64,000 nt of DNA. Source: Spirochaetales bacterium. GTDB taxonomy: Bacteria > Spirochaetota > Spirochaetia > SZUA-6 > DRHE01. Of the stretch, positions 57,276 to 64,000 are shown one piece after another (position 1 is the first letter of the stretch; each line of letters starts with the position of its first letter). The DNA lies in the NCBI GenBank assembly GCA_030615505.1, contig JAUWZD010000008.1, positions 104-64,103 of the forward strand. Direction: 5' to 3'. Made by a program: the position numbers and the translations under genes. Under the pieces are notes generated by a model that ran no database searches, was not told the origin of the DNA, and saw only the letters and a program-made list of their open reading frames with translations.

Positions 57276-58294
57276 TATCGAACCGTATCTACACTCCGAT
57301 AGAGATAACCTTCATCAGGAAGGCTGAATCCGTCAAAATTTGAATCCTCACGTATAGTATCGTCAATTTTGACTCCGAGGTTTTGTAATTTTACTTCTAA
57401 GTCTCTTAAACCTGCACGCCCTTTGACAATTCCCTGATTACTGTTACAGAATATATTCAGTTTAAACTCCTTTTCTGCTGCGCACAAGTTAAAATACCAG
57501 ATTTCCTCACGGTCCCGGTTTACAACCAGAACAAAACGCTTCGGTCTATCCTGAAAAGGATCATATTGAATGCGTATGGTTCCATATAGAACATTCCCGC
57601 CTGATGCTTCCTTACAGGAAAAACTATAAGGGATGATGATCCAATTTTCCTCATTGCCTTTCAAATGATTAAACAGCATAAGAGAATTATCCGCTTCAGA
57701 TTGCCTCTCTATAAGGGAATTTTTTAATTCATCGGCAATGTCCTTCTCCTGCGCCGGAAGCTTTCTCCTTTTAAAACGACGTTCTTTCTCCGGGTTTCCC
57801 TCGCCATACCCGAGCAATTTTATGAGGTCTTCAATTCCGGTCGATGAGATATCCAGCTTTTTGTCAAGAAGAAGGGCTATCAGGCGGGAAAAACGCTTGG
57901 GATTAAGCTTCATTCTGTTCAACATCTTCTTAATCTGATGTACTGTTTTGGCATTTATGATTAAACCGCACCGAAAAAGGCCGGCAACGATCCTTTCAGA
58001 AACCTTATCAGGACTTAAGCCTTCACGGAGCAGCAGCTCATGAAGGGAATTTTCAATATCTGTCAATTTAAGTACATAGCGGTCTCCGGAGCGGGTAACC
58101 AAAGCTCGTATGCTCTTTCCGGGAACCAAATTGAGATCTGAATAAGCAGGAATGACCCGTCCCTGCAAGCCTACAGCCCACTTATTCCCAATGATTCTTT
58201 TAATAACATTAAGGATTACGATATCGCCGGATTTCAAGTTAATCTCCGGCCTGGCCTTGATCTGTATACTCAAAGGGTACAGGTGTGATATCAT
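57275..58294 (-). CDS. Hypothetical protein, possibly FliK-like
   Basis: 339 aa, abuts the FlhB-C gene; LFNHL...WIIIP.S C-terminal alpha/beta region. Confidence 0.6.
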   Translation of the reverse strand: MISHLYPLSIQIKARPEINLKSGDIVILNVIKRIIGNKWAVGLQGRVIPAYSDLNLVPGKSIRALVTRSGDRYVLKLTDIENSLHELLLREGLSPDKVSERIVAGLFRCGLIINAKTVHQIKKMLNRMKLNPKRFSRLIALLLDKKLDISSTGIEDLIKLLGYGEGNPEKERRFKRRKLPAQEKDIADELKNSLIERQSEADNSLMLFNHLKGNEENWIIIPYSFSCKEASGGNVLYGTIRIQYDPFQDRPKRFVLVVNRDREEIWYFNLCAAEKEFKLNIFCNSNQGIVKGRAGLRDLEVKLQNLGVKIDDTIREDSNFDGFSLPDEGYLYRSVDTVR

Positions 58295-58295
58295 T

Positions 58296-58655
58296 TTATT
58301 TGGACTGTTTTTTCCGTATCAGTTCTGCAACCTTGGCTGATTTGCCTACCCGATCCCGGATATAGTAGAGCTTTGATCTTCTAACTCTTCCAAAGCGGAT
58401 AACCTCAATTTTCTGTAACCGGGGAGAATTTAAAGGGAAGGTCCTCTCTACACCCACACCGTAGGAGATCTTTCGCATTTTGAATGTCTTCCTCACACCT
58501 GATCTTTTTTTACTCAGGCAGATGCCCTCAAATATCTGCACCCTCTCAGTTTTGCCCTCTACAATCTTGTAATGAACGCGCAGGGTGTCTCCTATGTTGA
58601 AGTCTTGAAGATCGTTTCTTAACTGTTCTGATTCTATTGCTTTAATCTTGTCCAT
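58296..58655 (-). CDS. rplS: 50S ribosomal protein L19
   Basis: [29 protein letters not shown]. Confidence 0.97.
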   Translation of the reverse strand: MDKIKAIESEQLRNDLQDFNIGDTLRVHYKIVEGKTERVQIFEGICLSKKRSGVRKTFKMRKISYGVGVERTFPLNSPRLQKIEVIRFGRVRRSKLYYIRDRVGKSAKVAELIRKKQSK

Positions 58656-59430
58656 CCTGTTTTTCTCCCTTTCTTATTTTCTCCAAAACTTTAAGAATAT
58701 CCGGATGGAGATTCTTTTTTTTAAGTAGTTCCGGTCGATTTATCAATGTTTTCTCAATGCTCTTCTCTAGCCTCCAGCATGCAATTTTAGCATGGTGACC
58801 TGAAAGTAGAATTTCCGGAACCATGCTGCCCCTGAACTCATAGGGCCTGGTATATTGTGGATACTCTAAAAGTCCCTTTCGAAAGCTTTCTTCCTCTAAG
58901 GAATCCTCAGTAATAACGCCTTCTATCAGCCTGGCCACTGCATCTATCAAAACCATAGCGGCAGTCTCTCCGCCGGAGAGGATGTAATCTCCAACAGATA
59001 TCTCATCAGTCACATAGGTATCAATAATCCTCTGATCGATCCCTTCGTAGCGCCCGCATATCAAGATAATTTCTCTGAAAGATAAAGCTGCAAGCTTCTC
59101 CGCATACTCCTGATTAAACAATCTCCCCGAGGGAGTAAGATAGATAACCCTTTTATTCTCAGTCTGATTACTGGTACTCACCTTTTGGCCGGCAGACCAG
59201 AAGCAGCCGACTGAGTCTAACGCACCTGCCAGAGGTTCAGGTTTGAGCACTAACCCTGCGCCGCCCCCGTATGTGTAATCATCACAACTGTGATGCCTGT
59301 CCGTGGCATAATCACGAATATTTACCAAATTCAACTCGATTAAGCCCCTGGTAATTGCCTTGCCCAGTATCGACGACTCTAAGTAACCCTGAAAAATCTC
59401 CGGGAAAAGAGTAAGTATATGAAAGATCAC
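58642..59430 (-). CDS. trmD: tRNA (guanine37-N1)-methyltransferase
   Basis: [41 protein letters not shown]. Confidence 0.97.
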   Translation of the reverse strand: MIFHILTLFPEIFQGYLESSILGKAITRGLIELNLVNIRDYATDRHHSCDDYTYGGGAGLVLKPEPLAGALDSVGCFWSAGQKVSTSNQTENKRVIYLTPSGRLFNQEYAEKLAALSFREIILICGRYEGIDQRIIDTYVTDEISVGDYILSGGETAAMVLIDAVARLIEGVITEDSLEEESFRKGLLEYPQYTRPYEFRGSMVPEILLSGHHAKIACWRLEKSIEKTLINRPELLKKKNLHPDILKVLEKIRKGEKQDGQD

Positions 59431-59927
59431 GGGAGCGTGAACTCCTCTTTCAGGAGTATCCTTTTCTCTTTGACATCGATTTCACCCACAAAGTGGTCGA
59501 TCATTGGGATCATAATCGTTTTTCCGCTTAAGCTTTCCACTTCAAGAATATCCGCAGCACTTCCTTCGCACACTGATTTCACACGTCCGATTTCTTTATA
59601 CCCCCTGTATACCCGGCAATTATATATATCAGCCAAGTAATACTCACCTTCTTTCAAGGGGCTGGCATCCTGTCTGGAGGCCCAGACCTCCAGGCCTCTG
59701 TAATCCCTGGCAATTTCCGGTGTGTCAATACCCTCAAGCTTCATAAGTATACAGGAAGATAATTTTTTTACCGATTGCACTGCAAAGGGTATAAATCTGT
59801 TTTTCTTACGAATATATACCCTTTTTATACGAAAGAAATGGTCAACTTCGCCGGATAAGCTTTTGACCTTCAGATTGCCCTTTAATCCATGACTCGTTTT
59901 GATCAGGCCAATAGCAAGCCGATCCAT
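59427..59927 (-). CDS. rimM: 16S rRNA processing protein RimM
   Basis: IG.I..SHGLKG, L.EGEYY..D, IP....V..ID. Confidence 0.94.
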   Translation of the reverse strand: MDRLAIGLIKTSHGLKGNLKVKSLSGEVDHFFRIKRVYIRKKNRFIPFAVQSVKKLSSCILMKLEGIDTPEIARDYRGLEVWASRQDASPLKEGEYYLADIYNCRVYRGYKEIGRVKSVCEGSAADILEVESLSGKTIMIPMIDHFVGEIDVKEKRILLKEEFTLP

Positions 59928-59941
59928 CAGCCAGGAATTTC

Positions 59942-60175
59942 CTAATCAAGAATCTCCAGGACAACTCTCTTGCCGGATTTGGTTGAGGAAGCACTTAAAA
60001 TTGTCCTGATAGCTCTTGCAATTCTTCCTTGTTTTCCGATCACTTTACCGATATCGTCGTCCGAAACTCTCAGTTCTAGAATAGTCGATTTTTCCCCTTC
60101 GATCATGTTTACGCTGACCCCGCCTGGGTCGTCCACCAGAGATTTCGCTATGTATTCAACCAGTTCTTTTTCCAC
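59942..60175 (-). CDS. khpA: KH-domain RNA-binding protein KhpA
   Basis: [16 protein letters not shown]; between rpsP and rimM. Confidence 0.92.
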   Translation of the reverse strand: MEKELVEYIAKSLVDDPGGVSVNMIEGEKSTILELRVSDDDIGKVIGKQGRIARAIRTILSASSTKSGKRVVLEILD

Positions 60176-60201
60176 ATGTGCCTCCTTTTTATTTGTATGA
60201 T

Positions 60202-60453
60202 CTACTTAATATGGAAATTCAAATTATTTAGAAGTTTCCTAACTGTTTCACTGGGCTGAGCGCCCCTGTCCAGCCAGTGTCGAATACGATCCTCCTTTAT
60301 CTTGATCTGTTTATCTTCTATTTCAATTGGATGGTAGAAACCTACCTCTTCGATAGTTCTTCCATCGCGGGGCTTCCTGGAATCCATAACCACAATTCTA
60401 AAGTATGGCCTCCGCTTTGTACCAAACCTCTTCAACCTGATTCGTACACTCAT
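60202..60453 (-). CDS. rpsP: 30S ribosomal protein S16
   Basis: [29 protein letters not shown]. Confidence 0.97.
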   Translation of the reverse strand: MSVRIRLKRFGTKRRPYFRIVVMDSRKPRDGRTIEEVGFYHPIEIEDKQIKIKEDRIRHWLDRGAQPSETVRKLLNNLNFHIK

Positions 60454-60502
60454 CTTATTCCTCCTTCACACTTACGACCTTTAGGACATCCCTTAAGTCC
60501 AT

Positions 60503-61834
60503 TTAAGAAAGCATAATGCTTTGAGCCTTTTTATTTTTTACCATCTTCTTCATCATTAACCGGGTTTTTTCAAATTTTTTCAAGAGTCTGTTCACATTAT
60601 AAACCGATGTGCCGCTGCCTTTAGCTACTCGTTTTTTTCGGCTGGGTCCAATGATACGGTGATTTCTCCTTTCTGAAGGTGTCATGGACAGAATAATAGC
60701 TTCATCCCTCTCAAGCTCCTGCTCATCTATACTGTCCTCGTTTATAGCTCCTTTGGCCCCCGGGATCATTTCAATGAGAGACTGGATACTTCCCATCTTT
60801 CGAACCTGTCTGAACTGATCCAGATAATCCTCCAGGGTAAAGGTCTCTTTAGCGATACGTTCCCGAAGCTCAGCAGCTTCCTGTGCATCGATGATGCCTT
60901 GAGCCTTTTCAATCAAAGAAATCATATCACCCATACCGAGAATTCTTGAAGCGATACGATCAGGATAAAAGGGTTCTAAAGCATCCAGCTTCTCTCCGGT
61001 TCCTATATACTTAATAGGCCTTCCGGTTATGCTCTTGATTGAGAGAGCAACTCCACCACGGGCATCCGAGTCGAACTTGCTTAATATGATCCCTGTCAAT
61101 CCCAGGCGCTCATTAAATGTTTTGGCAATATCTACAGCGTTTTGCCCGGTCATGGCATCGGCAACTAAGAGAGTTTCATCTGGCTGAACGCTCTTTTTAA
61201 TCTCCTCAATCTCCGCCATCATCTCCTTATCGATCTGGAGTCTTCCGGAAGTATCAATTATTACCGTATCAAACTGCTGTTTAGCGGCATATTTAATAGA
61301 GTTTGAGGATAGCTTTGCCGGATTTTTTACAGGCCTTCCATCCTCCCCCTGCTTATAAACGACAACACCTGCTCTCTCTGCAAGTATTGAGAGCTGTTCT
61401 ATTGCAGCAGGCCGAACCAGGTCTGCAGCTACCAGCAGCGGTTTCCTCCCCATGTTCTTAAGCTGAACGGCCAGCTTAGCTGCACTGGTCGTTTTGCCGC
61501 ATCCCTGAAGTCCCAGGAGAAGAATAACAGATTGAGTATCAGGACCCTTCAACTTGAGGTCTTGACGGCTGTCCCCGAGGAAAGAAATGAGTTTTTCATG
61601 AACGATCTTAATAAACTGCTGACCCGGGGAAACAGATTTTAAAACCTTCTCTCCTAATGCCTCCTCGCTCGTCCGGTTAATGAAGCGCCGAACAACTCTT
61701 AAGTTGACATCCGCATCCAGAAGAGCAATTTTAATTTCACTTATGGCATCCTGGATATTCTTCTCAGAGATGTGGGCCTTGCCCGCAATCTGACGAGTAA
61801 TATCTGTTAATTTTGCAGCCAGTCTATCAAGCAT
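60503..61834 (-). CDS. ffh: Signal recognition particle protein Ffh
   Basis: LLDADV, GLQGCGKTT, DTSGR, D.DARGG, RILGMGD, M domain. Confidence 0.96.
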   Translation of the reverse strand: MLDRLAAKLTDITRQIAGKAHISEKNIQDAISEIKIALLDADVNLRVVRRFINRTSEEALGEKVLKSVSPGQQFIKIVHEKLISFLGDSRQDLKLKGPDTQSVILLLGLQGCGKTTSAAKLAVQLKNMGRKPLLVAADLVRPAAIEQLSILAERAGVVVYKQGEDGRPVKNPAKLSSNSIKYAAKQQFDTVIIDTSGRLQIDKEMMAEIEEIKKSVQPDETLLVADAMTGQNAVDIAKTFNERLGLTGIILSKFDSDARGGVALSIKSITGRPIKYIGTGEKLDALEPFYPDRIASRILGMGDMISLIEKAQGIIDAQEAAELRERIAKETFTLEDYLDQFRQVRKMGSIQSLIEMIPGAKGAINEDSIDEQELERDEAIILSMTPSERRNHRIIGPSRKKRVAKGSGTSVYNVNRLLKKFEKTRLMMKKMVKNKKAQSIMLS

Positions 61835-61894
61835 AATTGATAAGAATATATACCGATAAATAGCCTAATTGTCAACTGGTACTGGTTATGCTCT

Positions 61895-63391
61895 CTATCG
61901 GATATGGAAAAAATATCTATCCAGATACCTGGTCCGCCTGTATGATTCTTCTGCATGTACGCTCTCGGGATATTCATCATACACCTTTTGATAAAAATCC
62001 CGGGATTTAAGTAAATCTCTGTATGAAGAATCCTGCTCGTAGAGACAGGCCAGCATGAAATAGACCTCATCCAGATTTATTACATACCTGCTCCTGTACT
62101 CATCAAGCAGGTTGAGAACCAAACCATACCGACCGTTTTTTAATTGAAATCGGGCCGCATCTAACAGCTCATTCTCAATAGAAAGCGAATTCAGGGATAG
62201 AAAAGATTCTAGATAATCCAGTAGAAGAGCGGAATCACCTAAAACTGAGCTTGAGCGAACAATTCCTAACACTGCTTTTTCCCGATACTGTTTTGAAGCA
62301 AGCAGGTTTTTTTTAAAAAATTTAACTGCAGCCTCATGCTCACCTGTCTCAGCATAAATTGCAGCCAGCCGGTCATTTACATATGGATTTCCCTCCCGGT
62401 AATCTTTTAAGAATTCGATCAAGGCAGATCTGTACTCCCCCAGTGTGAATAATCTTTCCGCATGCACATACCGGGTATTGTCCTCCGGTTCCGCAGCGAT
62501 GAGGTTCGAGCCTCCTGCAATGAGAGACGTAAATTCTTCATCCTTAACAACACTCAGATGTACTACCTCAATATTGCTGGTGCCCAGACTGTTATCCTGC
62601 AGCTGAAACTTCAACTCGTACTTCCCAAAATTGTCAGCCTGAAAACTGAAAGATGTTTTTGCCTGTGTTGAATCTCTTGAAATAAATGAAACTCCCTGTA
62701 ATCTTTTCCCATCAGGTGAGCCAAGGAAGATCCAGCCCTTGCCATCCAGATTAATCTCCAGGTAGTCCCCCTTTCTGGCAAAAATTCCTCTGTGACTCTC
62801 CTTTTCGACCACAACATCTTTAACAATGGGAGCTATTGGCTCATCGTTTCTAATAACTGTTTTACTAACCTTCTTTTTGGTCTTACTCGCTAATTTTGCA
62901 GGCACATTTTTTTCAGGCAGTTTACTTTCCCGGGTCTGCTTTAGTTTTTTAGGTTCAAATTCTAACCTTCTTTCCAGGGAGCTTAAGTTTACAGAATTTA
63001 TTAAAGCATTCGCCTTAACAACAGGTAGGGGATAGTCATGGGATGCAGCCTTCTTCATGGGAGATGAGAAAAATCTTCTCTGATAAATCGAATCCGGCTC
63101 CGGTAAATCCAGATAGGGCAGAGGCAATTCCTGAAGGCCTGCGCAGGGGTTCTTTTTCTCCTCCTCCCGGCAAATTGGGCGGCTTACGGAAAGATCCCAG
63201 GTTTCCTCTGAGGCTTCCGTTTTTTGAGCTTGCTCAATCGCCCCGGTTTTGCCTTCCGTCTCCTTTCCCAAATTCTCTTCTCTCAATTGCTCACCGGCCG
63301 GATGAATTCCCTTAAGCAGACCAGTCATGCTTTGGCAACCTGTGAAAACAACGATGATTACAGAGATCAGGAAAAAAATCTTTTTTTTCAT
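61895..63391 (-). CDS. Lipoprotein with C-terminal TPR repeats
   Basis: Lipobox FTGC; central L.G.GWIFLG beta region; TPRs ending YP.S..A..S..R. Confidence 0.8.
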   Translation of the reverse strand: MKKKIFFLISVIIVVFTGCQSMTGLLKGIHPAGEQLREENLGKETEGKTGAIEQAQKTEASEETWDLSVSRPICREEEKKNPCAGLQELPLPYLDLPEPDSIYQRRFFSSPMKKAASHDYPLPVVKANALINSVNLSSLERRLEFEPKKLKQTRESKLPEKNVPAKLASKTKKKVSKTVIRNDEPIAPIVKDVVVEKESHRGIFARKGDYLEINLDGKGWIFLGSPDGKRLQGVSFISRDSTQAKTSFSFQADNFGKYELKFQLQDNSLGTSNIEVVHLSVVKDEEFTSLIAGGSNLIAAEPEDNTRYVHAERLFTLGEYRSALIEFLKDYREGNPYVNDRLAAIYAETGEHEAAVKFFKKNLLASKQYREKAVLGIVRSSSVLGDSALLLDYLESFLSLNSLSIENELLDAARFQLKNGRYGLVLNLLDEYRSRYVINLDEVYFMLACLYEQDSSYRDLLKSRDFYQKVYDEYPESVHAEESYRRTRYLDRYFFHIR

Positions 63392-63420
63392 TTCGTTCCC
63401 CTCCCAGAATAATTCCTAAC

Positions 63421-63795
63421 CTAAGGGATATCCTTAAAAATATCCTCTATCCTTCTATCATTTTCCTCCATTATTATGTTTAAAGCAATTTCATCCAGGG
63501 GAATCCAGAATCTATTAACCTGTTCATCACCCCATTTTTCCATCTGCTCTCTTAAGAGATATATTTCAGCAGGCTTGTCCTGATTCGGATTCTCAAGCTG
63601 GAAATCGTTTAGAGTTAATCCCTTTTGAATAGATGTTTCTGACTTGTATTGTGGCTTCCATGTCACGGCAGCTGGTATTTGATTTTGTCCTGTACCTCTC
63701 ATAAGAATAATGAATGTAATCAATGAAGAGAGAAAAAATAAACCTACAAGCAGAGGTATAATCCACCTGTGATCAGGCAGTATTCTTTTCCTCAA
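63421..63795 (-). CDS. Single-TM hypothetical protein
   Basis: N-terminal TM; W..E.V.RFWIP motif; overlaps the smc end. Confidence 0.7.
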   Translation of the reverse strand: MRKRILPDHRWIIPLLVGLFFLSSLITFIILMRGTGQNQIPAAVTWKPQYKSETSIQKGLTLNDFQLENPNQDKPAEIYLLREQMEKWGDEQVNRFWIPLDEIALNIIMEENDRRIEDIFKDIP

Positions 63796-64000
63796 GCTTA
63801 TTCTCCAATCGCAGAGTAACTATTTTGGAGACTCCCGACTCCTCCATTGTAACACCTAACAGATTATTTGCACAGGCAATAGTCTTCTTATTATGGGTGA
63901 TCACTAAGAATTGAGAGTTTCCTGAGAATTCCTTTAAAATATTTACAAAATGTATCACATTCTGATCATCAAGCGCCGCGTCTATTTCATCAAGTATACA
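63773..64000 (-). CDS. smc: Chromosome segregation protein SMC, C-terminal end (5' part outside the window)
   Basis: CILDEIDAALDDQNV (Walker B/D-loop), QFLVITHNK, GVTMEESGVS. Confidence 0.93.
   Translation of the reverse strand, partial: CILDEIDAALDDQNVIHFVNILKEFSGNSQFLVITHNKKTIACANNLLGVTMEESGVSKIVTLRLENKLEEKNTA

Noticed and set aside
19690..59215. Short in-frame inserts in the radical SAM, glgA and trmD genes as a mobile palindromic element
   Set aside because: The inserts share no visible nucleotide similarity or hairpin
60455..60505. Possible premature stop in ffh (frame stays open ~15 codons after TAA)
   Set aside because: The M domain is complete and Ffh C-terminal tails vary in length, so there is no evidence of truncation
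1..64000. CRISPR array, integrase, transposase, prophage or reverse transcriptase
   Set aside because: No regularly spaced repeats or such protein motifs seen; the tRNA genes have no adjacent integrase or visible att duplication

Overview
Bacterial chromosome segment, almost certainly from a spirochaete. Evidence: FlaB-type flagellin, the mltG-dnaG-rpoD-Zn ribbon-rnpB-TPR-mreBCD-mrdA-rodA order, and the rpsP-khpA-rimM-trmD-rplS block followed by FlhB-C/HD-GYP/YraN genes. The left ~17.9 kb is a visibly AT-richer accessory region. It holds (i) the 5' end of a secreted protein gene running off the left edge; (ii) a divergent, translationally coupled 8-gene envelope operon (TPR lipoprotein, small lipoprotein, TolC-family channel, long-hairpin lipoprotein MFP, two Ig-like-repeat lipoproteins, two degenerate RND permeases) closed by a convergent TPR lipoprotein, which is the best candidate for an undescribed export or assembly system; (iii) a vapBC pair whose toxin has an in-frame stop; and (iv) a 2.2 kb mosaic of signalling-gene fragments. 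The rest is mostly housekeeping: cell shape, RNase P RNA, tRNA-Tyr and tRNA-Thr, glycogen synthase, flagellin with a CsrA site, CCA enzyme, rnc-acpP-rpmF-coaD, ribosome biogenesis, ffh and the end of smc. It also carries a 1325-aa barrel/Ig-repeat/OmpA protein, several apparently leaderless genes and an unannotated 47-aa ORF. No CRISPR array, integrase or transposase was seen. All family calls come from motif recognition by eye, not database searches.
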